Positions 12,991-26,510 of a DNA stretch of 64,000 bases are shown piece by piece. Positions within the stretch are counted from its first letter, which is position 1; each line of letters starts with the position of its first letter. Position numbers and translations under genes: made by a program. Source of the stretch: Lama glama (taxonomy: Eukaryota); assembly GCA_028534125.1 (NCBI GenBank), contig CM052817.1, forward strand, positions 86,864,001-86,928,000. Reading direction: 5' to 3'. The notes beneath the pieces were generated by a model. That model searched no databases. It had not been told where the DNA came from and saw nothing but the letters and a program-made list of their open reading frames with translations.

Positions 12991-14044
12991 GTACTGTACT
13001 ACATTTTATAGGGAAGTTGTAGGCAATAGGCCTGTGTATAAAGTTCTGGGAAGAATTAAATAAACAAAAAATTGGTTATGTTTCAAGATGACAGCCTTTC
13101 AAAGATAATATTTAGCTTAAGAATTTGAATGCAGTAAGCCCAGTTTAGAAAATGACCAGCCCATGTTATGACAGCATGCTTGCCTAACACCCATTTGATT
13201 ATTTTAAGCTCTACTTAGAAGTATTTTCATTCTGCAAACATGTTTTCAAAAATAGATCAAGGGTGTGATTTTTTCACACTGGTTAGTTTTATAAAACTAT
13301 GTATTTAAATTTTTATATCACACTATTTACCAGCTAATAATTTAATTAGCTCCCCGTCTTATTAGAAAGTGTTCAAAGATTTAAGAGCACTATCATGAAA
13401 TAATAGTCATAAATAATAGTATGTAATAATTAAATTACCTTTAAAGTCATAAAGAAATATGTGGATTAAAGTCCTATCACTAATTTCACAATTACTAAAT
13501 AACGATTCATGCACATTTTCAGCCATTATTAAGTGTTTTGATGGATACAATCAGACAAATGTGTGAAACAAAATGTGGTAATTTTTTCTTTTTCATGGAA
13601 AAGTAACAGGACTATATTTCTTTGGCAGTGGAGTGGAAACTGTGTGAAACTTCAACAGCTGAAAGACTCTAAAAATGTATTATAAAAATCATTACTAAGG
13701 AAAAAACTACAAAGTAGTGGTTTAATATTAATAATAATTAGATTGGAAAAACAATACTAAATGTTAAGAACATGATGATGAAAGTATAGTTTTTAATATC
13801 TCTATTTTCCAATAACAAAAATATTTCATTCCATATCCTAACAAAGCATCCCATAATACAGTTATAGAAAGCTTAGTTAATATAATAATGTTGTATACTT
13901 TAAGCATTTGTGATTCAAACAGTACAAGAAAAACCAGAAATTAACAATTTAAAACATACCTATAAGGGAATTTTAATTTCATTATATTAAAATATAAATA
14001 CTAAGATAATTTTTATTGAAATCAACCTGACCAATTTGGTAAAC

Positions 14045-14930
14045 ATGGTAGAGTAAAATGGCCACACATTTTTGGCCACATCTCCCAAAAAGAGATGGAG
14101 TCTATTCCTCTTCCCCTTGATTCTGAGCTGGACCCAAACTTTCCTTGACCACCAACACAACAGAAGTAACCATATAACTTATAAGGTTGGGCCTTAAAGA
14201 GATCTGTGCCTTAAGAGACCTGCAGTTCTTGCTTTGATAAGTTTAGAAAGTTTCCTCTTGGAACTTACCCACCATACAGAGAGAGTTTCAAGACAAGTAG
14301 GGAGGCCGTGGGAAGGACCGTCAAGGCGTTACCACTGACAATCTCAGCTAAGTGTCCAGCCGACAGCCAGTACCCACTACCAGCCCTATTGAGTAAGCCT
14401 TCTTAGATGTTCTCCTCCAGGTGACAGTAGTCCCAGCTGGCACCACGTGAAGCAGAAGATCTGCCCCACTGAGCCCATTCTCTTAATGTGTTCAGGCTGT
14501 CATAGCCGAATACATACACAGGTGACTTAAAAACAACAGAATTTCTTTCTCATGGTTATGGAGGCCAGGAAGTCTGAGATCCAGTCACTGGCAAATTCAT
14601 AGTCTGGTGAAGGCATACTTCCCGGCTCATAGAAGGCCATCTTCTCCTTGTGTCCGTAACTGGTGAAAGGAGAAAGGAAGCTCTCTAGGGGTCCCTTTTA
14701 CAGGGGCACTAATTCCAGTCATGAGGGCTCCAACCCCACACCTCCCAGAAGCCCCACCGTCTAATACCATCACATTGGGATTACGTTTCAAAACATAAAT
14801 TTGGGAGAAACATGAACATTCAGTCTATGGCACCAGTCAATCCACAAAATTAAGAAAAATAATAAATCGTACTGTTCTTAGAACCACTACGTCTAGGGAT
14901 GGTTTCCTATGCAAAAGTAGAAACTGAAAG
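14045..14930 (+). mobile_element. MLT1 (MaLR) LTR, older subfamily, split by a nested MLT1
   Basis: Start 'tggtagagtaaaatggccac...gagatggagtctattcc' and end 'ccactacgtctagggatggtttcctatgcaaaagtag'. Confidence 0.7.
14479..14832 (-). mobile_element. MLT1A/C-like LTR nested in the older MLT1
   Basis: 'ggtgacttaaaaacaacagaatttctttctcatggttatggaggccaggaagtctgagatc...aataccatcacattgggatt...aacattcagtctatggca'. Confidence 0.75.
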
Positions 14931-14959
14931 AGATGTTTGTAAAAGTTCAAATGTGATTT

Positions 14960-15165
14960 AAAATGACTCTGGAGTCAGACTTCCTGCTTTTACTCCTTGG
15001 ACTGACAGTAGTATGACCTTGGTCAATTCACAATTCACTTCATTTCTGAGTCTCACTTCGTGGGACTGTTGTGAGAAGTGAAGAGAAGCATTCCTGTAAA
15101 GCACTTACACAGAGACGAGAGCTTAGTAAAAAGTTCAACACGTGTTGCTGTGTTATTGTTACGGA
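14960..15165 (+). mobile_element. MIR SINE
   Basis: 'ctctggagtcagacttcctg...gtatgaccttggtcaattc...gtaaagcactta'. Confidence 0.7.
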
Positions 15166-16739
15166 CATTGATGTTAATCTGGTCTGTAAGATATATTATA
15201 TGAGGTTCCACTCTGTTGAGGACTTATGTTAAGGACGGAATGGAGAAACTAAGAAAGCATAATATCAGAGACAGCATACATCCAATATACATATTTCAAA
15301 GGCTACATATTTTAATAAGCTGTTATTTTAAATAACAGCATTGATGTACAGCAGGGTAATTTCCACACTGAGTAAATAAAGCTACGATTTATTCTTCCTA
15401 AATTGTTTTAGACAAAGTGCATTAATTACCCTTTGCCATTTTTTTCAGATATATTCAAATTGATACATTTATTATGTGTAATTATGAAGCTTAAATACCT
15501 AAACTTAGTTGACTGTAGTTTGGCATGATGATGGAATTGATGTCATTGTTTATCTAATAAAATAATTGATTCGGCTGTTAAACATAAAACTGAAGTTATC
15601 TCATTCTAGAAATATGCCATATATGTGTCTCAATATTATTTCATTACATGCTCCATTTTGTCCTTTATTTATCTGATTAAATTTTATTTCTGACAAGAAT
15701 TCTCATTTATGCTGGGCATTCAGGAAATTCTTTCCCCCTTTATTTATATTTTTAAATTTCCCAGTAGTATTCCCTAATTAGCTCTAAGTTTTGACTTTGC
15801 ATTTCAAATGGCTTTTCTTTGTCCTTAGGAGAAAATTAAGATGGGATTGAAACTAATAACTAGTATCTATTTGTGTTATCCAAACAAGTATTTTTATCTT
15901 TATGTTTGACCAACTGCACATTGTAAACCACTAATTTCACTTGCAAGGAGTCAAACTCTTAATTTCCTCTGCATTTACTCTTTCCAGCTCAGCAGGGTGT
16001 GTCTCTTCCCTTACGCCTCCAGTATAGACCTGACTTATCCAATAGAGAAAGGCAGTCATTCTGATAACGTAGTTATGAAAAGCTGCTACCGCTTCCTATT
16101 GATCCGTCTACCAAATCCCATGGACAGCTCCCTTAAACTTACCCCTTTAGATCAGAGGACTCTAATGCTTAAATAATTTCTGTATGTTCAAGATATTAAC
16201 ATAAATCTAGAGTGCTTCCAACTAATCATAGGAGAAATGCAGGAGAGAAATAAATTATGGGAAAATCATATTTTTGAAGACAATAAAATTTCATTTACAG
16301 AATTGACTAAAGAAAAATACATATTTAAAAATCATCCAGCAGCTCCTAAACCCTCCATTTTATTTAGAGTAGATTTAAGGAAGCTACTCAAGCTAAGTCA
16401 GCCCAGTTTGTTCAATTTATTCTCTTACTCAGAGTTGTCTTTCACACAAATGTCTTGATCAATATGAAATCTGCAATAAAATTGCTATTTTCTCTAATTA
16501 CATCAATCAACAGGAAAAAAGACAGTAAAAAAATCACAGAACTTGCACAGTATTTTTCAGTTATTAAAGAGAAAATCCCAACAGAGCCAGAAATATGATG
16601 AGAAAATTTACTTTAATGATAATGATATAAGGACAAGTTAATTGGCTGATGTCAATTAGCAAATTAATAACTACTGACTAAAACAATCAGGCTTTAAATT
16701 TTTTGACTACACTTGTGTTTAAGCCTTTTAATAGTATTA

Positions 16740-17480
16740 CTTTAAAAAATCTTAATTGACATAATATGGGTTACACAACTGAGGAAGTATTAGGGGGATC
16801 CTAAAGCAAGGGCAGCCTCTACAGTTGTCCAGGCTGAGATGGAAGTGGAAGTCACGCTTAGTCCTTGTCACCTATTGGTAATTTCACAGTGGTATCTGTA
16901 CCAAAATATAAAACTATACATGCAAGAAAGAATCATGATAAATGCAACTTAGTTGTCAGAGCAAAGCCACATCCCTATAACAAATAAATAATTTGATTTA
17001 ATCATCAGTTCCTGAGTTCCATGCTCCATAGAGACGCAACCAAGGATTACATGAGCAAAGCTATCCATCATCAATTCAGAGTCATTTGATTCACCTACCA
17101 TACTGACAAGTGTGTCTAGCAATACTTGACACCAAGTGAAGCAGCATATAGAGAATAGGACCCAAGCTGGTTCTGCAGGCACAGCTAAGTTGCATGTGGA
17201 GCTGGTTCAGACTCTCACTTCCATCTATTCTTAGTGCATTGCCTTCTCTCCCTCAAATCACAACTATGGTCCCATGAATCCCTAAATTCAAACACAGCAT
17301 ATAGATGGCACCACATATTGGTATAATCCAGATGTAAACTGCCATAGCAGTTCTATCACATTCGGGTGGTTCTAAAAGACAACAGAGAAGGAAAATCCTC
17401 TCTGTGGGCAGAATTCCAAGCAATACATTTGGCTGGTCATTTCACCTAAAGGAGAGATGGCCAGAGATAGAGATCCAAGG
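16740..17480 (+). mobile_element. ERVL-class internal remnant (pol/RNase H region)
   Basis: 'ggaaaatcctctctgtgggcagaattccaagcaatacatttggctggtcatttc...gagagatggccagag' resembles the ERVL RNase H segment (SSQWAEL...HF...ERWPE). Confidence 0.6.
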
Positions 17481-17876
17481 AGGGCAGATACTCCTCCTCC
17501 CCATCCTCAGTGGGTAGAGAATGAGGTGTTGCTCATGACTGATCACTCAGACTCTCCTTGCAAAAGTTCTGAAATTTGAAGTCAGAGGAATTTATACAGA
17601 GATATAAAAAATTAGAGATTTGGTCAACTGGCAGAGTCAATTGTCCAGGGGCAGCAGCAGCAACAGTAAGAGTCAATTAAGAACTGAACCAGTGGTGATG
17701 TTCTAACCAGGCAGTTTCTCTGGGTTGTCATGTTGACATTAATCCTTGTCCAAACCTAGTGCTACAGCACTCCTTGAAATTCTATGATCTAGCAGACACT
17801 TTTCTACAAATTACTATTTTATTCAAGGTAACTAGAGTTATGCTCTTTTTGAAATCAAGAAACCTGACAAATACAA
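17480..17876 (+). mobile_element. Ancient ERVL-type LTR fragment
   Basis: Follows ERVL internal sequence and ends 'ctagagttatgctctttttgaaatcaagaaacctgacaaataca', like old ERVL LTR 3' ends. Confidence 0.5.
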
Positions 17877-19689
17877 TGTCATATGCTTCTGCAAATAAAG
17901 ATAATTCAAAATTTTTTATTCACCAAGAAATGTGTCCTGTGAGTTTAATGCTAGGTCTATCTGAAAAAGAAAAATACCTTCACTTCCTATATATGGGAAC
18001 GTATATCTATAGAGATCTGTATTTCAGAGTTAGACTGACATTCTGGGATTATGTTTTATAGATATAATAGCCATAGTTAACAACTAATCTTCTAAACTGC
18101 AATGCACTAAAATATTATTTGAATGATTTTCCTAATCATATAATGTGGAAAAAAATTGATTTAAGATTATAAAATTTCTAAAGTGCTGAAAGCATTATAA
18201 CAAATATTTGTTAGCTGAGATTAATGTTCTATTTTTAAAAGAAATAAGAATATTTTTAGAACCTTATTTCAGTTGAAATAGAATAGAAATTAAAATTAAT
18301 TCATACATTTTAACTGGTTTTAGTATGAGAACTAACCTAAGTATACTAACGTGGCAGGACTATGAAACAATCAGCAGGTAAAAATAAATTTTAAAATGCA
18401 TAATTGGAAAGCAAGAATAAATAATGTTTACTTTGTTTTGAATAATCTATGAACTATAATTACTGCTTATTTTTATTCAAGTCTAGCTCAAAACATAAAT
18501 CAACTTAAGACCAAGTAAAAGCTGCTGTTTTCTTCTTTTGATCTTTTATTTCTTTAAGAAATATTTGCAAGGGACAAGATTTCTACTTTGTCCTTAATTT
18601 GGAAGATCCTGTTGAACTCATAAACAAAAATTTAACTTAAAACCTTATGTCATCACTAACTGTATAAATTATTATAAGCATGTGACGTGGGTCATGGCTC
18701 CAACATCTGTGCTCAGAATATTCAGATATGAATACTAAAAATATTGTTCCTCATTGAGCAAATAAAGAAGTATCATCAAAGGGAGCAAGTGACTGAAAGG
18801 AATTGTGGTGACTACAAATAGTCCTTTAAAAACCAGCTATGCAGCCAGTGAATGCAGAAAGGGCAAAGCTTATGAGTCATGAGTATAATCGAAGTAACAG
18901 TTGAATGGGCTACTAATCAATTAATAATACAAACTAGAATATTCCAACATTTAAATTCATTTAGACACAGTCTATTTAAAAGACCATATTTCATGTATAA
19001 AGAGATATAGCATTTATATTACTAAAACATGATTGTCTTTCTACCTTTTTTAAAGAGAAAATAAAAATGATCTAGAGCCAGGGTCTGAAACTCACTCTGT
19101 ACTTAAACATGAGGAAGAGAAGCAATAGAAATAATAAAGAACATTCTTCTTTTCCAATCTCCAGACACACAATTTAATTGAAATAATGTAACTGATGGAT
19201 GTCCTCCACAAAAATATGTAAAGGTGATGGATCATGCCCAAGTTGTTCATAAGGCACTTAATAAATGAGAGTGAGACAGAGACAGAATAATCAAGTATTT
19301 TCAGAAGGAATGGCTCTAGGTTTTTCCAGGTAGAGAGACATAAAGGTGTCAGAATTATTTTAAACTGTTTGACACATAAATATGTAATAATGTCTTCATA
19401 TCTCAAAAGAGATAATGCAACATGCAACCACTATTAGGTCAGATTTATGTACTAATTCTATCTCATTCAGAATCTAAATCAAAAAAAAAAAAGAATCTAA
19501 GTCGAAACAAGCCTAACTCTGATTACATAGTGACACAAATTAGTTTGTCAAATTTATGATAAAATGTAAGCTTTTGATAACATTGATTCATATATCAGGA
19601 TCCACAAAATGGAGGCCACTCTGGTGACTGAACCCATGTCACAAATCTAAACTTAAGTCAGTCTGTGCTCTTGGGAAATATCAGTGAGA

Positions 19690-21090
19690 AAACCTAACAC
19701 ATACCAAATACAATCCTCCAACTGTCGTAGTTGGAGATGTCAACACCCCTCTATCAGAAATGGACTGATCCAGCAGATAGAAAATCAGTAAGAACATAGC
19801 TGAACTCAACAACAGAGAGAGAATTAACATCTATAGATTACTTCATCACTAACAGCAGAATACACATTTTCTCAAGCTAACATGGAACATTTATCAAGAT
19901 AGACCATATTCTGGGACACATCTTAACAAATTTAAAAGGATATAAATCATAAAATACGTGCTCTCAGACTACAATGAAATTAAACTAGAAGTCAATAACA
20001 GAAAGATAACTAGAAATCCCCAATCTATGTAGAGATTAAACAACATACTTCTAAATAACACAGAAGTCAGAGAAAAAAATCTAAACAGAAATTTAAAATT
20101 ATGTTAAAGTAAATAAAATGAAAACACAACTTGCCAAACATTGTGGGGTGCAGTAAAAGCTGTGTTTAGAGGGAAATGTATAGCACTGAATGCATATATT
20201 ACAAAAGAAGCAAGATCTGAAATCAATAATCTAAGTTTCTACTTTAGAAAAGTAGAAAAAGAAGAGCAAATGAACCAAAAGTGAGCAGAAATAGTATGTT
20301 AGTAGAGAAAAATCAATAAAACTGCATGTTGGTTCTTTGAAAAGATCAATAAAATCAGTAAGACTCAAGCCAGGCTAACCAAGAAAAACAGAGAAAGGAC
20401 ACAAATTACTAGTATCAGAAATTAAAGGAGAAAGCTCACTCCAGATGCCATAGAAATTAAAAGGATAATAAAGGAATACTATAAAAAATGTTATGCCTAC
20501 CAATTTGGTAACCTAGATGAAATGGATAAATTCCTTAAAAGACACAATCTGCCAAAACTCACACAAGAAGAAACAGATTATCCGAATAGGACTATAACTA
20601 TTAAATAAATTGAGTCAATAATCAAAGAGCCTTCCAAAACAGAAAGTAACAGACCCAAAAGCATTCAATGGTGAGTTCTACCAAATATTTAAGGGAAGAA
20701 ATTGTACCAATTCCCTACAATCTCTTTTGGAGGCTATAAGCATACGGGTACTTCTTAAATCATTCCATGAGGCCAGCATTACCCTAAACCAAAAGCAATC
20801 AAAGATATTAGAAAAAAACTACAGATCAGTATCTCTCATGAACATAGATGCAAAAATCTTCAACAAAATATAAGCTAACAGAACCCAACAAAGTATAAAA
20901 GGAGTTATACATGTGAACAAATGGTATTTATCTCAAGTATGCAACATTCAAAAATCAACTAATGTAATTCATCACTTCAAGAAGCTAAAAGAGATGATCT
21001 CATGATCATATCAATAGATATAGAAAAAGCATTTCACAAAATCCAACAACCATCCGTGATCAAAACCCTCAGTAAACTAGTAATAGAGGA
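19690..21090 (+). mobile_element. L1 ORF2 fragment (endonuclease to RT start), degenerate
   Basis: Clear L1 ORF2 motifs: 'cagcagaatacacattttctcaag', 'aagatagaccatattctgggacac', 'atctctcatgaacatagatgcaaaaatcttcaacaaaata'. Confidence 0.9.
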
Positions 21091-21139
21091 GAAATACTAC
21101 TACAAAGTAAAAAATTTTTTTAAAGCTAATAAAAACTAC

Positions 21140-22150
21140 GAGAAAGGAAGATTAAATTAAAAATAGCAGTTAAATTTAGATGCAAAAATTGTAAACAAAT
21201 TATAGGCAAACTGATTCAATCATGATTAAATAAATAAATAAATAAGCAAGCACAGGAATGGAAGTGTGGTTTTATATTTTAAGAAGCCACTTAATATCAT
21301 AAACAATATCAGTAAATTAATAAAGAAAAATCATATTGTGCTGTCAATAAAATTGGTATTACAATGAAATATCCATCCATAACTTTTCAAGAAGACTCTT
21401 AGAAAATTAGAAAAATAAATTAGTCCTCTAAACTTGATTAAAGCATGCAGAACAAACAAAAAAGTTAAAACCACAATTAAGATATTCTCTTTAAGATCAA
21501 GGACAAGATAAAGGAGCTTATGATTGACATTTCTGTTCAGCAGCATGTATGAGTTCAAGCTACGGCAGTAGACAAGAACAATAAACAAAATGCTTAAGAA
21601 CTGTGAGGGGGGAAGCAACTCATTCATAGATGACAAGATAGGCTATATCTGAAATATAACTAAAACTAGTAAAACTACGGAAAAAATACTATAATTAACA
21701 CGGGATTACATAAAGGCTGCTGGGCACAAATCAACATATAATCAATAGCATATAGAAAGAACAAAATGACCTCTTACAAATAAAGTTTTTTTGTTTTTTA
21801 ATTCCGTGGGAAAATGAGTAAAGTGTATGCACTGGTTCTTCATGGATAAAGTAACATAAAGGATAAATAACATAACATACATATATATACTTTTTATAAT
21901 CCTCAAATTTACCAATCATCAAGGAAATGCAAATTAAATCAATATGGATTTTTTTCTCATATGGACTAATAATACAACTGAGGCCATGTATTGGGAAGAA
22001 TTTATGGAAATGGGTGCTCTCATATATATTTGATGAGAATGCCCATTAGTATAACCCATTGGAAGGACAATTAGGTGGTACCTCATAAAAACAAAATGTC
22101 CATAATTTTAGACAAAGCAATTCAAATTTCTGGAAATCTATACCACATTA
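21140..22150 (+). mobile_element. Older L1 (L1ME-like) ORF2/3' fragment
   Basis: 'tttagatgcaaaaattgtaaacaaatt', 'atcaaggaaatgcaaattaaatca'; highly decayed. Confidence 0.65.
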
Positions 22151-22184
22151 ACTAACATTCACACAAGATCACACAGGCGTCTTA

Positions 22185-22400
22185 GTTTATTCATTCATTC
22201 ACTCATTCATTCATAACTGACTGTCTCCATATACTAGGATATATTCTAGGCACTGCAGAATTATCAGAGAATCAGACAGATAGGACTTATCCTAACATGC
22301 TAGAAATCTTACATACCAGATGGATAGAGTAAGAACAAACAAATCAATAAAGAGTGTAACACTTACAAGAGTCATGAAAGAAATAAAAGAAGTAATAATT
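22185..22400 (-). mobile_element. L2 3' end
   Basis: (TTCA)n tail 'tttattcattcattcactcattcattca' followed by antisense L2 sequence. Confidence 0.7.
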
Positions 22401-22419
22401 AAGAGTTTTCCTTTCCTGA

Positions 22420-25330
22420 GGCATTAATAAATACATTGCTGAGCAAGGAAACATCATCATGATGAGTTGTATGACAGCTGTCCTGTGAGGAATAGTGTAA
22501 GGAAATTGGGTTCACTGTTTGTGGTGGAAAAAAATGGAATCCCAGCACACTACAGGCCAGGTGAAAAATGCACATGGAATTAACACAAAATCTACAAAGA
22601 GTAGTAGTTGAAGTACACTGACTTGCAAGGATTTGAGGCAGTGGTTATTTTATTACCCTAGAAATGCAATAAATAGGCAACTTATGTGTCCTTGACATTA
22701 ATAAGGAGACAAAATATTTCAGTCTAGTGGGTATAAAATTAACACAGCTGATTAGCAAGTTCCTGGCTGTAAGTCAGTTCACAGATCGAGAGTACTCTGA
22801 GTGATGAACAGGGAGGCTTCGAGGACAGATCCCTGCAATCATAGCTGTGCTGAATGAGTATGTGTCCAAGCTCTCCCCAGAGGGACGTGCAGCCATTTAT
22901 CTCGGTGCCTTATAATAGGAGAAAGAGGAATAGCCAGATTTCCAAAGGTTTGTTCAGTATAGGCTCTGAACTAACACTGAAGTCCAGAACACAGAAATGT
23001 ACCTGGTACCCAGCTGTCAAAGTGGGAGGTCAGACGACAGAATCTGAGTCTATGTCTCTCAGAGGATCCTGTGAGCCCACAACCCATCCCACAGTTACAT
23101 TTTCAGTTCCTGGATACAAAGTTATAATCCTCATAACGGTCCCCACAATTAGGGTAATGAAAGCCAAGAGGATGTTCTTATAAGTCACCCTTACATACAA
23201 ATAAGTAATTTAAAAAAACAGCACCACACCTGTAAGGGAACTGTGAAGATTTTTACTCCTATTAAAGATTTGAAAATTGCAGGGCTGGTAATTCCCATCC
23301 TATTCACTTTTACCTTATCTGCTTGACAGTGAAAAAGCCTGATAGATCTTGGAAAATAACTAGAGATTATTATATAAAAGTGATCAGGTTGCACAGATCC
23401 AATAATGCTGGAAGCATACCTGGCAAAGGAGAGAGTATCTGCAAGTCTCAGTAGGAGAATCACATTGAAGACACATTAGTTTTAAAGCAAAACTATGTCC
23501 ACTTCTGCCAAAAAACCTATTTTACATTTGAGAAGTAACTCCTGGCAGTTTACCGGGCTCTGGTAAAGGCTGAAAGTCTAATTAAAGAACACCAAGTAAG
23601 TATGCAGCATGAATTGCTCATCATGAACAGGGGTATATCCACTCTACCATTAAATGGAAATGGTAAGTATGGGACTGAGCCCAAGTTCATCAAGAATAGG
23701 CAATTAAGTTGCGTGAGCCAGTGGCTCAGAATGCCTTGGTGGCTATTCACGATGCTCATCAGCTCTTCCTAAATCTACAGCTACGGTCTCAGGGGGAAAT
23801 TCCCAATGACTAGTTGGTAAGAGAAGAAATGCAGACCTGACTTGTGCGAAGGTGATGACCACAGGATTATTGCATCACTGAGGACGGGAGGAAGGGAACT
23901 CCCCCAGAAGACAGAACTTCAGTATATCTGGCTGTCCATTCTTTGCAGAAGAAAACAACTTTTGAAAAGAAGTCTAGATTGTTTTTTAAAGTTCACGGAT
24001 ATCGGTATATTAAAAGGCATTTTAAAAATCGTAGTTTTTTTACTACCACTTAAAAGAAGACAAAGCTTCATGGTATCACAGTTTTCAAAACTGATCCTAG
24101 TTGATAAGGAATGGTGAATGTTGGCACCAGAGGATCTTATTTGCAAATGGCAGGTGAAGGAGTCAGTCCACAGGACATAGTTTAGCCAGAGCGACCTTGC
24201 CCTCCTGCTCTCCAGCCTTCTGTGATTAAACGGCAGTACGCGCACAAAGGAACGGGCTTTTGGGGCCACAATTTCCAGCTTATTAAATGAGACATCTCAT
24301 GGTCTGGAGAATAGTAGTCTGTTTCCACTTCACGTGAAAAGGACAGTGTCAAAGAGTGAGGTTATCCTGCAAATAGTGTCTGAAGCCGTCAGGTCACTTT
24401 ATCGCTACAGTTTTTATGGGAGTATCCTGTATGTATAGATATGAAAAAAAGTGGGCATTGAGGGGACATACTAAAAAGGAAATAGTATTGTACATGTTTA
24501 CAACAAGCTCACAGGTTTTTTTGTTTTGTTTTGCTTTTTCACATATATACCCATGGGCAAGAGCTGAGGCTGGCTGCTGTCCAGACAACTGGAAAGGAAA
24601 GGTCTGAAGATTGGTAACAAACAGTTCTGAAGGGCAGGTATGCACAAAACTTTTAGAATGACACAGGGTTTGAAGATATTTGAGAACGACCACGCAAAGT
24701 TCAGTCCTCAAGATCACTGTCACTTCTGATACCAGCTTTATGCTTGGGAGCATAAATCAGGTTCAATAATTTACTAAAAGGACTCACAGAACTCATAAAA
24801 AGCATTATACTCGCAGTTTATTACAGCAGAAGAGTACATATGGATATGAACAGGGTCCAGGAGTCACTAAGCACACGCTTCAGCTGTCCTTGCGCAGAGA
24901 AGTCATTCATACTGTACCTCTTTTTTTTTTTTCACAAGTGTCTAATGCCCATGGAGTACTGCCAAACAGGGACGCTCACCTCATCCTTGAGGTCCCGAAT
25001 TTGTATTGCGGATTAAACTACATAGACACGGCTGACAGCTCCCAGGGTAGATCACAGCCTCCCGCCCCTCCAGAGGTCCCCAACTTAAAATACATCAAGT
25101 GCTAGCAAACCTGGCTTGGCCCCAAGGTGAACAGATATTCTTACCAAGCAGGCACCCCAAGGGTTTAGGGTCACCTCTCAAGAGCAGAAAGCAACAACCA
25201 AACCTCTCTCTAGGCAAGTCAATCCTTTACTGCACAGGGCAATGGAGAAAGCACACTGAAGAAGACAGAAAAATAACAACTTGTTCTATGAATGCAAACC
25301 AGCTTCATACCCAAGCTCACATCCTTAAGG
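22420..25330 (+). mobile_element. ERVL internal remnant (gag/pro/pol), fragmented by later insertions
   Basis: Protease-like 'ggctctgaactaacactgaagtccag', RT-like 'ctagagattattatataaaagtgatcaggt', RNase H-like 'gaagattggtaacaaacagttctgaagggcaggtatg'. Homologous to 17.1-17.5 kb. Confidence 0.65.
24705..25236. mobile_element. MER21-like LTR inserted in the ERVL remnant
   Basis: 'caagatcactgtcacttctgatacc...ttcaataatttactaaaaggactcacagaactca...atcctttactgcaca'. ERVL sequence resumes on both sides. Confidence 0.6.
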
Positions 25331-26249
25331 GGCCAGAGCCCTTCACCTAAGACTTACTGTCCTCGTTTTTCTTTTTGGTCTCCAGATTGATTTTTCTGTT
25401 TTTTAATTACTGCTGTGTACATACTCTTTCCACTTAAGAGAAACAACTCTCCAACCCACAAGAGTATGTTCTTGTCGTAGGTTCTCCAAAAAGATAGCCC
25501 ATCAGAACACAGCAACTCATCACCTATATATTCCCGAAGTTTATGTTATTCTGTATGAAATATTAGTATACAAGTGCAATCAATGACTCAGCTTGGGTTC
25601 AGATCTCTTAGACTCTCTCCAACAAAAGGAGGCACCCCTTCAACCATCTTTGGATCGTAAGTCCTATGAAAAACTGCTTGAATTTTAACATAGAACACTA
25701 CAAGGAAAAACACAACTTACTCAGGTATGTTGTGATCTAAACTTGCTACTAGAAAATAAGCATTTCTCTTAAGCAAACCTAATTTACAGAAGAAAGTTCC
25801 AATCATCTCTTGAGTAGACCAGCTCTGTAACTGGGCCTCCTGCTTCCACCCCTGCCACTCCATGGCCCTTCCTCTAGCACTTGGTAAGAAAAGTGCATTT
25901 TCTAGTCTTACTTCCGTGTCTTCTAATCACATTCTTCTTCTATATCTGATGTGCACCCTACTTAGTCTCTAACTCAGCAAGCACCCTGTTGGCTTTTCTT
26001 CGCAGAACTTTGCATAATTTATAATCATTTATTTACATTCTCATTCTCTGTCACTGTCTTTATGTCTTTCTTTGTCTCTTTCTCTCTCTCTCTTGCTCCT
26101 CCCGTTCCCCATTCCCTCTCCCTCCCGGTTTATTCAACTATACCAACCCCCTGCTATAATCTCAGGAGGAATAGGAGTCAGTCTGTCTGTCTTGTTTCTC
26201 TAAGCTCAGTGCTTGGCACATCGTAGCAACGAATAACTTCAGGTATTTA

Positions 26250-26510
26250 TATAATGCCCTCTTTTACAGTGTTTACTGTGCCTGGCAGGCACAGTTCCTA
26301 ACATCTTAAACACAAAAAATTAAGACACATTCAGTTTTCCTTCATAGCAACCTGAAGAAGTGCCGTTTTCAGCCCCATTTGACAGCTGAGGAAACTGAAG
26401 CACACACAGGAAAAGTAACTTGATCAGGGCACAGGTAGATGAGACAGGACTTCAGCCCAGGCCCTCTGGCTTTATGGAACCTGCCCTTAACCCCTGTGCT
26501 GTGCTGAGTA
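26250..26510 (-). mobile_element. MIR SINE
   Basis: 'ccccatttgacagctgaggaaactgaagcacacacaggaaaagtaacttg'. Confidence 0.75.
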
